From IMG/VR virus record IMGVR_UViG_3300025364_000002: a stretch of DNA of 64,000 nt; one strand, given 5' to 3'. Numbering within the stretch: the first letter of the stretch is position 1; every line of letters begins with the position of its first letter. Made by a program: the position numbers and the translations under genes. This stretch comes from a virus (lineage: Duplodnaviria; Heunggongvirae; Uroviricota; Caudoviricetes). This document shows, piece by piece, positions 9,908 through 19,439 of this stretch. The notes under the pieces were generated by a model. The model made no database searches and was not told the origin of the DNA. It saw only the letters and a list, made by a program, of their open reading frames with translations.

Positions 9908-10219
9908 CTAAACTGGCTCCCAACGGATATTGGCAATTTCATCTCTAATAATGTCATCAAAAACAAGTTGACCTTCCGGGGTCAGAAAAAACAATCTATA
10001 GTAATTTCTACTACCGCTGTACTCGCCGTCTTCAATAATTGGTTTTCGTACTATATCAACACAACAATAAATGCTATGAGGCTCAGGCCAGTGACGTACA
10101 AATCCCTTGTCGGTCTTTTCACACAAAAGCGATGATGCCCATTGGCGTGTTCCATACAAATCGGGGTCATCGATTTTCCACCTGTATAACTTTCCACGCT
10201 TAAAAAAGAGATAGGTCAT
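9908..10219 (-). CDS. Hypothetical protein
   Basis: 103-aa ORF. Confidence 0.45.
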   Translation of the reverse strand: MTYLFFKRGKLYRWKIDDPDLYGTRQWASSLLCEKTDKGFVRHWPEPHSIYCCVDIVRKPIIEDGEYSGSRNYYRLFFLTPEGQLVFDDIIRDEIANIRWEPV

Positions 10220-10545
10220 TCTTCCTCAAAATATTTTGGATGCGGATGCCAGCGGTCAACAATTCGCCTTGAAAAACGACCAAATATGTCGAAAACAATC
10301 TTTTCATCAGGCGAAAGAAACACTATACATGTTACAGTCATCGGCTTGCCTTTTGAGCGATTAACTGTTTTTCTTGTGACTCTGACGCACATGAAAGTTT
10401 CACCAATTTTGGGATAATATTCTTTGCTGCCATTAAGATCCCAAAGGTGCGTTCTTGGGGTAATGCCTTTGAAATCAAACCGCTCATCAAAACCGCCAAA
10501 GATATAAAGCTTGCCAGAAAGAAAATAATCCTCAGGTTCCATCAA
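10216..10545 (-). CDS. Hypothetical protein
   Basis: 109-aa ORF; ATGA overlap. Confidence 0.45.
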   Translation of the reverse strand: MMEPEDYFLSGKLYIFGGFDERFDFKGITPRTHLWDLNGSKEYYPKIGETFMCVRVTRKTVNRSKGKPMTVTCIVFLSPDEKIVFDIFGRFSRRIVDRWHPHPKYFEEE

Positions 10546-11077
10546 GAGCCTCTTTTAGCAAATCAGTTGGATCTAATAGATTTTTTGGGACTGGACATTC
10601 TTTGTGCCACCAAACAGTTTCCTTGGTGCCGTGTTCGTAAAGTTCAAAGTGAAGCATAAACCTTGAATGGTCAGGGACATCAGCCCTTTCTTTATTTTTT
10701 TTTAGAACTGGAGAAACGCAAGCAAGGATCTGTCCTTGTTCAATAACATCCCCAACTTTCAGTTTGACAGTAGAAACTTCGCCATAGCAGACCACTCCTG
10801 ACGGTCCTTCAATCAAAATAGCTTGCGTAGGAAGCCACCAAGGCGAGCCGGCTTTTGGACCAGTAAACTCTTCTATTGCTACTACAATACCTGGCTCCAC
10901 GGCATAAACAAGGCAAGGCTCGGGCACGTAAAGATCAACGCCTGTATGAATGTCGTATTTCCTTACGGCTGCAAAAGCACCTGGGTGATCTCCAGTTGGG
11001 ATCTCGCCTTTCCATGCAAACAATGGAAATAACCAGGACATAACCCCTACCTCGGAAGACCATATTCTACACGACAA
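10532..11077 (-). CDS. M23 family metallopeptidase (LytM/lysostaphin-like), copy 1
   Basis: HxxxD (HTGVDL) and HxH (MLHFELY) zinc-ligand motifs; paralogue of 41589..42143. Confidence 0.75.
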   Translation of the reverse strand: MSCRIWSSEVGVMSWLFPLFAWKGEIPTGDHPGAFAAVRKYDIHTGVDLYVPEPCLVYAVEPGIVVAIEEFTGPKAGSPWWLPTQAILIEGPSGVVCYGEVSTVKLKVGDVIEQGQILACVSPVLKKNKERADVPDHSRFMLHFELYEHGTKETVWWHKECPVPKNLLDPTDLLKEALDGT

Positions 11078-11361
11078 GAGACGTTGTTTAACTGTATTCG
11101 TCTACGTTCCTGGTTGTAGAAAACGATTCCTTCACCATTGTGTTTCACAAGATAGCGAAACCGACCATTGTGACAGCGAACATCTTCATCATTTTGGCTA
11201 CAGTAAGTGGCCTCAGACTCAATGGGTTGACATATCACCGTTCCAGCGTTGCTGGGGTCTTCCATGTGATCATACCTAATGGTATGAAAAATTGCAATAG
11301 CAAAAACTATGAAAATGTTTACCAGAAAAATAGAAACAAAATACTTTTTCACGAACTTCAT
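11047..11361 (-). CDS. Membrane-anchored hypothetical protein
   Basis: N-terminal TM helix (IFLVNIFIVFAIAIF). Confidence 0.4.
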   Translation of the reverse strand: MKFVKKYFVSIFLVNIFIVFAIAIFHTIRYDHMEDPSNAGTVICQPIESEATYCSQNDEDVRCHNGRFRYLVKHNGEGIVFYNQERRRIQLNNVSCRVEYGLPR

Positions 11362-11555
11362 TCCTGACCCAATTCTTCGATAAAGTCTGGTCCTAATACC
11401 AGTACCTTGTAGATTTCCTCAAAACCTTCTGACAACCCTTCTAACTTTGCAGCTCTTATGGGGTCGGCACAAATATCAGCCGTCTCACGGACTCGCACAG
11501 AGCGTTTGCGCAGCCATCTACGCAGCAGTTTCACTTGTTTGTCGGTCAGTGCCAT
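11358..11555 (-). CDS. Small hypothetical protein
   Basis: 65-aa ORF. Confidence 0.35.
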   Translation of the reverse strand: MALTDKQVKLLRRWLRKRSVRVRETADICADPIRAAKLEGLSEGFEEIYKVLVLGPDFIEELGQE

Positions 11556-11578
11556 AGAATATAAAACGTTATTAACTT

Positions 11579-11917
11579 TTAGTCGTCCAATTTAATCTTA
11601 AAAACACTGGCCATTGCATAAATGACGCTCTGTTTGATGATGACATCTTCGTTGTCAATGCCAGAGTTAACCTTTTCAAGAGAAAGTCTGAGTGTTGTTG
11701 GACGTTGCTCAGCAGGAACCATAAGGATAGAGTATATACTAAAAGAATACATCGGAAAGACAACAATTGGCGTGAGCAAGAAGCTCAACGGAGAAAAAGA
11801 ACGCCAAATGGCGTTTGTGGCACCCAACTTCTTCATATATCGAAGAGATTGGATATGCACTATCAGTCCTGGCAAAAGGAACAGCAAAGCAAAAAATACC
11901 AAAGCCGAAATCAGCAT
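11579..11917 (-). CDS. Small membrane protein
   Basis: Multiple hydrophobic segments. Confidence 0.4.
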   Translation of the reverse strand: MLISALVFFALLFLLPGLIVHIQSLRYMKKLGATNAIWRSFSPLSFLLTPIVVFPMYSFSIYSILMVPAEQRPTTLRLSLEKVNSGIDNEDVIIKQSVIYAMASVFKIKLDD

Positions 11918-11926
11918 AATAACCTC

Positions 11927-12559
11927 CTAACAATAACACTCATACATTGGTTTACGACACCTGTTACAGGTTCTGGAATTCTTCCTTTTGAAGATTTCCC
12001 AGCAAACTTTGCAATAAGTTCCTGCAAAATGACGACCTACCGGTGGATTAGGAAGTTCTTTTTTGCAGGTCGAGCAAATATACAAGTCTTCTTTGGCGAA
12101 CTTAATCAAGTTAAATAGCGTTACCACGAAAAGAGGGGCTCCTTCTTCAACCAAATTATCAAAACTGGAAATGCCAAAGGGACCTTCCTTACCCAAGGCT
12201 GACATGCCATCGTCCGCCCAACGGTCAAAGACTATTGTGGTGTTTGGAAAACCTTCTTTATTCTCACAAGATACAGAAACCATTATAGTAACATAATTTT
12301 TTTTATCCCCCCCAGGTGGTTTTTCTCTACCAACACATTCACCAGTAACAACATTGTAGGAAAGTGTGCGATTGACAGTGACAGAACGATATTTGGCGGG
12401 GTGATACGGGTTTTCCCTTAAAGAAAGGATTTTTTCCTTGGCCTGACTCATTACCCAAATTGATGGGCTTTGATCACCAATCATGCATCGTGTACATAAT
12501 TCGTATTCGCCATAACCTGACCAACATTGGTTTTCACAATTTTTGCAAATATTTGGCAT
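11927..12559 (-). CDS. Cys-rich zinc-ribbon protein
   Basis: Several CxxC pairs at both termini (CKNCENQC, CTRC ... CSTCKK, CKVC, CNRCRK...CYC). Confidence 0.5.
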   Translation of the reverse strand: MPNICKNCENQCWSGYGEYELCTRCMIGDQSPSIWVMSQAKEKILSLRENPYHPAKYRSVTVNRTLSYNVVTGECVGREKPPGGDKKNYVTIMVSVSCENKEGFPNTTIVFDRWADDGMSALGKEGPFGISSFDNLVEEGAPLFVVTLFNLIKFAKEDLYICSTCKKELPNPPVGRHFAGTYCKVCWEIFKRKNSRTCNRCRKPMYECYC

Positions 12560-12595
12560 TTAGTTTTCTAACATCAAAGATTTTATAAAATCTTG

Positions 12596-13102
12596 TCAAA
12601 ACTCAACTGGTTTAGTTGCCTTTTCAGTTTTCTCCATAAGTGGCTGTGACGCTTTTTCAAAAACAGAGACAGTGCGAGGATTGTGCTTCAATCTATCATA
12701 GAAATTGAGTATAGGTGTGAAGATAATTCCAAGGAAAATAAACACAACCATGATAGTATAAATAGGCAAAGCAATAATGGCAGATGGTAGTATCAGCAAT
12801 GCGTGATGCCATTCTACCAAATAAAATTTATCGTTCATTAATTTGGCTACTGTTTCGTTTGTAAATTTACAACAAAAACTCGCAGACCAAAGAATGCCAG
12901 CCAAGCCCCCAATAAAGCCAATGACGGCACTCATGAACCAAATTAGCATCATGGCGTTAGCCATTGATTTGCCAACCAAGGCGAAAAGCAGACTTGATTT
13001 GAATCCAGTGCCCAGCACAAAGACCCAAGATACGGGGATTGCTGACAATACTGTTGCCAAAATAACCAGCAACAAAGCTCTAACAATGTTCAGTCGGTAC
13101 AT
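12596..13102 (-). CDS. Polytopic membrane protein
   Basis: At least four hydrophobic helices in 168 aa. Confidence 0.5.
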   Translation of the reverse strand: MYRLNIVRALLLVILATVLSAIPVSWVFVLGTGFKSSLLFALVGKSMANAMMLIWFMSAVIGFIGGLAGILWSASFCCKFTNETVAKLMNDKFYLVEWHHALLILPSAIIALPIYTIMVVFIFLGIIFTPILNFYDRLKHNPRTVSVFEKASQPLMEKTEKATKPVEF

Positions 13103-13109
13103 ATTATCT

Positions 13110-14525
13110 TTACAATAGTGTTGGAAATAGAACTACATCACGGAGAGTGGTTTGGTTAGTCATAATGGCAACAAATCTGTCCACTCCCATTCCCAAGCCT
13201 GAACAAGGTGGCATGCCATATTCCATGCACTCAAGAAAATCTTCCTCAAGCATCATGGCCTCGTCATCGCCGTCCTCACGGGCAGCCATCTGTTCCTCCA
13301 ACAACTGTCGCTGTAGAACAGCGTCAGTAAGCTCCGTGTAACACTTCACAAGCTCCCAGCCATTGACAATAAACTGCCACTGCTCGACCGTGCGGCCGTC
13401 TTCGCTTCGCTGTGCGAGAGGACTCATGTGAGCCGGGTAATCCTTGAGGAAAATCGGCTGAACAAGGTTTGGCCGCACCTTCTCCTTAAACATTTCGTCG
13501 ATTTCCTTTGCAGAACTCAACGACCAGGGCGAAATTCCAGTATATTGCTCAAATACCGCAGCATAAGACCTTACCGGAGGATCGGTAAAATCAAGCTTGG
13601 TCCCCTGATATTCGACAATCATCCTCTTAATAAGAGGAGAAGCGGGATCGTTTGAATATTCATGACCGGCCGCAAAGAAAAGGTAAGACAAAAGCATCTT
13701 AAACAACTCAAGGTTGTCCATATAACTCATGTAAGCGCCATACCACTCAACCGAGGTAAACTCCTGCAAGTGGGAAGGATCGACCCCTTCATTGCGAAAG
13801 TTCTTTCCGATCTCATACACTCGATCAAAAGAAGCTGCAACAGCACGCTTCAAGTAAGTCTCAGGTGCAATACGAAGATAAAGATCGGCATCCAGTGCAT
13901 GATGATGCGTCTGAAAAGGACGAGCCTGGGCTCCTGAAGCCCGAGTCTGTAAGATCGGGGTTTCCACTTCCATGAAACCGTAGCGCTCCAGAAACTTACG
14001 AAGCTCCGAAACAATCCGAGAACGGGTCACGAAAACCTGCTTCACATCAGGGTTCATGACAATATCAAGGTAACGCTTACGAAGACGTAGCTCCGGATCA
14101 ACAATTCCATCAACCTTATTTGGGAAGGGATGGATTGGATCACGGAGAACCTTGAAAGCACGGTTTACCAAAACCGTCTTCTCGCCAGTAGTGGAAGTCC
14201 ACATTTCACCTTCAATGGTGATAATACTGCCCATCTTTACAGCCTTCATCCACCCCTTGAAGCTTTCGGGGGTTTCACGCTTGTTGAAACAAAACTGAAT
14301 CTTTCCAGACTGATCGACAAGCTTTCCGAAAGCAATGGAGCCAAGTCGTCGAAAATTAACAACCCGACCCGCAAGAGTAACAGCGTGGCCGTCCCTAAGC
14401 TCAAGAGCATTGCTGGCCATCCAAGTTTGGTAGACGCCCTTTTCCACAAACTCCGAAAACTTCGGCTTGCGGACGGTCTCGGCCAACTGTTCAAGAGTAC
14501 CTTCTTCATTACTTAGAGTAGACAT
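13110..14525 (-). CDS. lysS: Lysyl-tRNA synthetase, class II (N-terminal OB anticodon-binding domain plus class IIb catalytic core)
   Basis: Class IIb motif 2 KNFRNEGVD...EFTSVEWYGAY; 471 aa; strong SD (AAGGGAGAGA) upstream. Confidence 0.8.
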   Translation of the reverse strand: MSTLSNEEGTLEQLAETVRKPKFSEFVEKGVYQTWMASNALELRDGHAVTLAGRVVNFRRLGSIAFGKLVDQSGKIQFCFNKRETPESFKGWMKAVKMGSIITIEGEMWTSTTGEKTVLVNRAFKVLRDPIHPFPNKVDGIVDPELRLRKRYLDIVMNPDVKQVFVTRSRIVSELRKFLERYGFMEVETPILQTRASGAQARPFQTHHHALDADLYLRIAPETYLKRAVAASFDRVYEIGKNFRNEGVDPSHLQEFTSVEWYGAYMSYMDNLELFKMLLSYLFFAAGHEYSNDPASPLIKRMIVEYQGTKLDFTDPPVRSYAAVFEQYTGISPWSLSSAKEIDEMFKEKVRPNLVQPIFLKDYPAHMSPLAQRSEDGRTVEQWQFIVNGWELVKCYTELTDAVLQRQLLEEQMAAREDGDDEAMMLEEDFLECMEYGMPPCSGLGMGVDRFVAIMTNQTTLRDVVLFPTLL

Positions 14526-14598
14526 ATCTCTCCCTTTGCTTGGGTTACCTACTCAGCATACCATGGGGAAGTTCTAACCTAAACCGGTTATATAAAAT

Positions 14599-15045
14599 TC
14601 AGTGGGGGATGATTTTCATGCGATGATTTTCCATCATTGCATCTATTTTAGGCAACAAATCCATTGCTTTCCTGGTCATTTCTTCCAGCGAAAAGTTTTT
14701 AATCGGAGTATCCGTGCAATAAACAAGAAAACTTCTATATTGTTGCAATATTGGGATTGGATTGCCGTCATAAGTTGGTAGTTCAATTGGCTCAAGCTGA
14801 GCTTTAGTGGTCCACCAATATTGGTTGTCTGGTGTTAAAATTTTAACATGGTTTCGCTTTTCATCTACTACCAAAACCGAGTCAGGAAGTTTGGATTCGT
14901 TTACAAAACTTTTCCTTCCTCTCACATCGTTTCCGTAGACTTGTTTGCCCATTATGGCGAATCTTGGATTGTTGCAAATGCGTTCAGTAAATTTAAAAAA
15001 ATGCCCAACGTAGGGTTTAAATTTTAATTCTTTTGGCTTTGCCAC
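14599..15045 (-). CDS. Hypothetical protein; possible paralogue of 15533..15985
   Basis: Shared pattern around VLVxDExxNxVK. Confidence 0.45.
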   Translation of the reverse strand: MAKPKELKFKPYVGHFFKFTERICNNPRFAIMGKQVYGNDVRGRKSFVNESKLPDSVLVVDEKRNHVKILTPDNQYWWTTKAQLEPIELPTYDGNPIPILQQYRSFLVYCTDTPIKNFSLEEMTRKAMDLLPKIDAMMENHRMKIIPH

Positions 15046-15533
15046 TATTTTCCTCCAATTAGGTCAAAAAACTGCTGTTCAGTAATGATATCAACTCCAA
15101 GTTTCATAGCCTTCTTTAACTTTGTTGATTTTTCAGAGTGGGTTGGGCTTCCTACAATCAAATAATCACAATATTTAGAAATGTGAGATTTAAATTTACC
15201 GCCCTTAAGCTTGATTAGATTTTTGAAATAATCACGAGACACTGAAAGGTCTCCAGTGATTGCAAAAGATTTACCACCGAAATCATTATTAATTTTTATT
15301 AAACGGAGGGTGTCAGTAGTAACGAACGTTGTTTGCTCATCCCAAATTATTTTTACGAATTTATTATCCACCTGCTCTATTATTAGAGCAACAGTACCAG
15401 CAGGAATTGTTTCTCTTCCAGTCCAAAGATCGGGAGATTTGAGCGCATGGGTTTTTTGCGTGGTGATGGCTACCCTACCAACCAGATCAATTGAACCAAC
15501 TAATCGTCTAAGGTTTTGATTTTCAATCGTCAT
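15045..15533 (-). CDS. BRCT-domain protein
   Basis: C-terminal GKSFAITGDLS...DYLIVG...KLKKAMKLGVDIITEQQF matches the BRCT consensus (as in ligase/PARP C-termini). Confidence 0.55.
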   Translation of the reverse strand: MTIENQNLRRLVGSIDLVGRVAITTQKTHALKSPDLWTGRETIPAGTVALIIEQVDNKFVKIIWDEQTTFVTTDTLRLIKINNDFGGKSFAITGDLSVSRDYFKNLIKLKGGKFKSHISKYCDYLIVGSPTHSEKSTKLKKAMKLGVDIITEQQFFDLIGGK

Positions 15534-15985
15534 TATTTATTTTTCTTATTGGTAGGGCTTATTTCATCTGCATATTGCCTGAGCAAATAAGCGACTCGCT
15601 CTATTTCTTCAGCATAATTTGAAAGAGCTTCAAAGTCTTCTTCTTTGCTTTTCATCTCTCCAGCAAGAAAAAGTAATTCCTGGATACACTCTGATATGTT
15701 ATCCACTTCTTTAAAGAGGCCGTTCTTGACTTCTTTATGGAGGAAGAATTTTGGAATCCACACAAAGGAACCAGTTGCGAGTGTGACTTTTACTCTAGTG
15801 TTGCTTTCATCTGTAACAAGAACAGCTTCGCCAAAATCTGACAAATCAAGACAAATACGTGTTTTATTTTCATGGAAACAGGGAATATCTTTATGTTGCC
15901 GCAATGTAAAAACACGTCCTATGAATGGTTTAAGATAAGGTTCATCTCTCTTCTTAGCAGGCATCCTAAATCCCAAAAAAAGCAA
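15533..15985 (-). CDS. Hypothetical protein
   Basis: 150-aa ORF. Confidence 0.45.
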   Translation of the reverse strand: MLFLGFRMPAKKRDEPYLKPFIGRVFTLRQHKDIPCFHENKTRICLDLSDFGEAVLVTDESNTRVKVTLATGSFVWIPKFFLHKEVKNGLFKEVDNISECIQELLFLAGEMKSKEEDFEALSNYAEEIERVAYLLRQYADEISPTNKKNK

Positions 15986-16048
15986 TCAACAACGTTTGTT
16001 GACCATTGCTTAAATATCCTGTGTTTTTACTGACAAAGAGGAAAAATT

Positions 16049-16336
16049 CTAATGCATCCAAAACCAAAAACTTATTTTCGTCTTAAGTGACAACGATTTA
16101 CACTTGTCAGCTTGAATATAGATTCTTCTACCTCCCCAATCCATAAGCCACAATTCAAAGTTGTGATAACAGTGTTTATCGAGCAATGTGAGATATCGAC
16201 CAACCGGCACGAATACGTGGTCATTTGACCCAGAATGCAAAAATCCCCAGGCCCAAGCACCATCATCTTTGACTTGGTGAGTTACAAGTCCCAACTTTAC
16301 GTGGAACCATACCCAAATTTTAAATAACCACTGTCG
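16049..16336 (-). CDS. Hypothetical protein; start trimmed to internal Met because the listed ORF overlaps the upstream ORF by 128 nt
   Basis: ORF track. Confidence 0.25.
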   Translation of the reverse strand, partial: RQWLFKIWVWFHVKLGLVTHQVKDDGAWAWGFLHSGSNDHVFVPVGRYLTLLDKHCYHNFELWLMDWGGRRIYIQADKCKSLSLKTKISFWFWMH

Positions 16337-16343
16337 CATTATA

Positions 16344-16652
16344 TTAGTTTTCACGCATATCATATTCGGCATTGTCGCACATGGACACACGTGCCTCAAC
16401 ATCAAAATGTGGGCTATAAATACGACGTCCACGGTACGTGAATTTTTCACGGACTTCATGCTCCATTGCAACCTTGCAAGCCTTCCAAGCTGTTTCTACG
16501 ATTTCTGTGATAGTTGAATATGGCGACAAATACCACTTGCGACAATGCTGTGGGATGGGACCAGCCTCAGGATTCTCAACATCGATGTCCATGAAAACCC
16601 ATTGAAGAAGAAACCCGTCCCCCTTTTCCATGAGACGAAGCTCCCAACCCAT
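16344..16652 (-). CDS. Hypothetical protein (start uncertain; full ORF extends to 16811)
   Basis: ORF track; overlapping alternatives. Confidence 0.3.
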   Translation of the reverse strand: MGWELRLMEKGDGFLLQWVFMDIDVENPEAGPIPQHCRKWYLSPYSTITEIVETAWKACKVAMEHEVREKFTYRGRRIYSPHFDVEARVSMCDNAEYDMREN

Positions 16653-16719
16653 AAATTGGATATTCTTTAAGATTATCTGAACTTCGTCAATACTCTTTCG
16701 TCGTTGAACTATGCTTGCC

Positions 16720-17067
16720 TCAAAAAATTTCGCTATAATGGTTGATAATGCTAGCGCCACGCTTGGCAAAATATTGCCGAATTTTAATATAAACCTCAGC
16801 GAGGTTATCATTGGTTGAGTTTAGTCCACCTCTCGAATCCAACCCATCGCTGATTTCAACCCACTCAACCGTAGAATCGTCAGGGTTTGGGATGCATTCT
16901 TCAGTGGAATAAAATCCAGAAACATAAAGCCTGTCTGAACAGCCCACAACATGAACAATAACCTCTGTCGTGTCATAATCACCACCGGGTTGGGTAGAAG
17001 CAACCTTTTTGACCTTGCTGATCTTGCTAAGCTCGTCGATAACCTCACTTGTCTTCCAGTAATACAC
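16720..17067 (-). CDS. Hypothetical protein
   Basis: 115-aa ORF. Confidence 0.4.
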   Translation of the reverse strand: MYYWKTSEVIDELSKISKVKKVASTQPGGDYDTTEVIVHVVGCSDRLYVSGFYSTEECIPNPDDSTVEWVEISDGLDSRGGLNSTNDNLAEVYIKIRQYFAKRGASIINHYSEIF

Positions 17068-17425
17068 AGTATCTCCTAAGGTATTCTTTAGTTAAGATCC
17101 TATTCTTAACAAGAAAATGCTCAAAATTTAAAGCAGAAGTAAAATAAACACCGTCATTGTAAATGACTCGTACCCAATTTGTAGCACCTAATTCAGATGC
17201 GCCAAGGTACATTACCCAAGGCTGTCCTTCTATGGTTATGACGTTCGTAAATTTGCTTCTGATCTCACCTAACTTGCCAGGCGATGGTTCTTTAACCAAG
17301 GTAAACAATCTACCTTGACCCATGTCGCCGAAGTGGCCGGTCATCTGATACAACTTTCCAGGCTTTAGGACATTGGTAATTTCACCAATAACAAAATCAT
17401 CAATTTTACCAGATGAGTGACTCAC
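17045..17425 (-). CDS. Hypothetical protein
   Basis: 126-aa ORF. Confidence 0.45.
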   Translation of the reverse strand: MSHSSGKIDDFVIGEITNVLKPGKLYQMTGHFGDMGQGRLFTLVKEPSPGKLGEIRSKFTNVITIEGQPWVMYLGASELGATNWVRVIYNDGVYFTSALNFEHFLVKNRILTKEYLRRYCVLLEDK

Positions 17426-17435
17426 AGTAATTTAC

Positions 17436-18362
17436 TCACACCAACTTGATGTCATAGATAGACAACTTTCCACCAGCAATTGGGATATCAATCAATTCAG
17501 TCTTGTCGGTCTTAATTCCAAGTGGCAAACGTTCATCTTTATCGGTTGGGATGTGGATTTTATCCTCAAGTGGGTGTTTGGTAACAATCATGGTTTTGTC
17601 TCTAGAACCTTGCATGTCGTATCCGGCAAACATGCCAAACACATAATAGAAAGGATTCGGCACTGTAACTTTGTATCGAGAATCGTTTTCCCGAGCTTCC
17701 TTCCATGAATCGGCCACGAGCGATTCAAAGAAGTATTTTGGCATATAACGATATAGTCTCTGCCCATTCCATCCGGGACCGACGGGACCACTTGTTACTG
17801 TGTGCGGAAACCCAGGATTGTAACTAGGATCCATTTTCTGGACTTCCTTGAGTTTACGAACCTGCAAAGGCCCCTCGTAGGACAGTTCAGGATCTTCATG
17901 TTCAAACTTTACCCAATACTTCTGACCATAACCATTACGACGCTTAATCATAGCAAGCGTTGCGGGTTCACTGTGATCTTCCTGAGCTTCCGCAGAAATT
18001 GAAGTATCGTTGACCACAGTGAAGTTTGCATAGTTGAAATCAGCAAGCTTTACCCAGAAACGTCCATAATTGTTTCTGTTTCCTTTGGCTTTAACCAAAG
18101 CTTGATCTGTAGTTTCGATAATTTTGAGCGTTACACTCGAAAATTCCTTAAGGCCCTTTCGAACATAAATGCGATCGACTTCAAGTTTTGTTCCAGCTGG
18201 AAGTGTTCTCGAATAGGAATCAAGCTCGTTTTGCCAGCTATAACTGGTATTTCGACCATCGGCAAGTGCGACATCACTGTTGCGATGTTCAAGATAAAGC
18301 TCGAACGTCCAGTCTTTTTCGACTTTAAGCTCAGAGCCAAGTTCGGGAATAAATGCCTTCAT
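17436..18362 (-). CDS. Hypothetical protein
   Basis: 308-aa ORF. Confidence 0.55.
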   Translation of the reverse strand: MKAFIPELGSELKVEKDWTFELYLEHRNSDVALADGRNTSYSWQNELDSYSRTLPAGTKLEVDRIYVRKGLKEFSSVTLKIIETTDQALVKAKGNRNNYGRFWVKLADFNYANFTVVNDTSISAEAQEDHSEPATLAMIKRRNGYGQKYWVKFEHEDPELSYEGPLQVRKLKEVQKMDPSYNPGFPHTVTSGPVGPGWNGQRLYRYMPKYFFESLVADSWKEARENDSRYKVTVPNPFYYVFGMFAGYDMQGSRDKTMIVTKHPLEDKIHIPTDKDERLPLGIKTDKTELIDIPIAGGKLSIYDIKLV

Positions 18363-18363
18363 G

Positions 18364-18735
18364 TCAAGACTCCAGGTATTTCTCTAGTTCAACCAGAACC
18401 TTGTTGGCAATTTCTTCTGCTGAATCATCTTCAACTTCATCAGCCAACGTAAGCTCATAGAAAACATCATCCCCTCCATGATCAAGGGTGATGTTATACT
18501 TTTCCTCAAGAGAGGAAACCAGCTTGCCAAATTCTTCTGCGAAGAAGATGTTTTCAGGATGATATTGGTTGCTCACAAGCGACCTTTCCTCGATATCATT
18601 CTCATCTTCTTCAGCAAAAGGATTCCATTCGGTCCACAGGACTCGTAGTTTTAGGTTGTGGGTCTGCATCTTATTCTCCCAATACAATTTTGTCGAACGC
18701 TTTACTCTTTTTTGAGGTTGAAGTTGTAGACACAA
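18364..18735 (-). CDS. Acidic hypothetical protein
   Basis: 123-aa ORF rich in D/E. Confidence 0.45.
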   Translation of the reverse strand: MCLQLQPQKRVKRSTKLYWENKMQTHNLKLRVLWTEWNPFAEEDENDIEERSLVSNQYHPENIFFAEEFGKLVSSLEEKYNITLDHGGDDVFYELTLADEVEDDSAEEIANKVLVELEKYLES

Positions 18736-19439
18736 CAGTCAAGTCCAATGGCAACTTCGAGCACCAACAGATCTTTTTCTACAACTTTGTTTTTTGCCTG
18801 AAACTTTGCCCTGATAGGAAAATCAGTTCGCAGAGAAATCGAACAGACCTCCATCCACTTGTCGCCATTATCAACCTCAACATCCATTGTTTTTTGGCTG
18901 TAAGATGGAAGACGGTCAGAAACAACAATTCTAGTTGGCAAATGAACCATTTCTGCAATCATTTTTCGAACAGGTTCTAGCACTGCCGAATGATAGTCAT
19001 TTAGTGTATCTGCTGTAAAAATGCACTGAAATTCCTGCTGATAAAACTCTTTCAGCCGCATGTTTTTGGTAACCTGGTCCTGTTCCCGTCGAAAACTTTT
19101 ACCGGTCTGCCAAACCACAAAAGGTGGGCGAGTTGGCTTTGAAAGTCCCCGGAGTAGATGGGCTGCGTATGCATACGAACCAGGCGTGGTTTCAGGTCGT
19201 AGAACGAGTCCAGGATTTTCCCCTTCTTGAAACCAAACATCCTCACGTGTATAGTTTGGGTTAATCAGAGTTTCAGGAGTAAGGATGGGAGTTTCAACCT
19301 GAAAAAAAGCCCAGGCCGGATTCATTTCGAGCAATGCCGTCTTTAGTTCAGCCAAAAAGTGTTGCTCAAACACTCTTCGTAGTCTGATTTCACGTTCAGA
19401 CCAGAAAATAAGACCGTTGCTGTTGTACAGGCTATCCAT
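18702..19439 (-). CDS. Class IIa aminoacyl-tRNA-synthetase-like catalytic core (truncated paralogue lacking an anticodon-binding domain)
   Basis: Motif-2-like WQTGKSFRREQDQVTKNMRLKEFYQQEFQCIF (fRxE...R..EF.Q.E pattern of the HisRS/ProRS/ThrRS/GlyRS group). Confidence 0.5.
   Translation of the reverse strand: MDSLYNSNGLIFWSEREIRLRRVFEQHFLAELKTALLEMNPAWAFFQVETPILTPETLINPNYTREDVWFQEGENPGLVLRPETTPGSYAYAAHLLRGLSKPTRPPFVVWQTGKSFRREQDQVTKNMRLKEFYQQEFQCIFTADTLNDYHSAVLEPVRKMIAEMVHLPTRIVVSDRLPSYSQKTMDVEVDNGDKWMEVCSISLRTDFPIRAKFQAKNKVVEKDLLVLEVAIGLDCCVYNFNLKKE

Noticed and set aside
12063-12296. Plus-strand ORFs inside minus genes (e.g. 12063..12296, 13147..13341, 14130..14516, 29223..29690, 40988..41365, 43441..43737)
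   Set aside because: All overlap stronger minus-strand genes with recognisable domains or consistent operon spacing; none has a credible RBS
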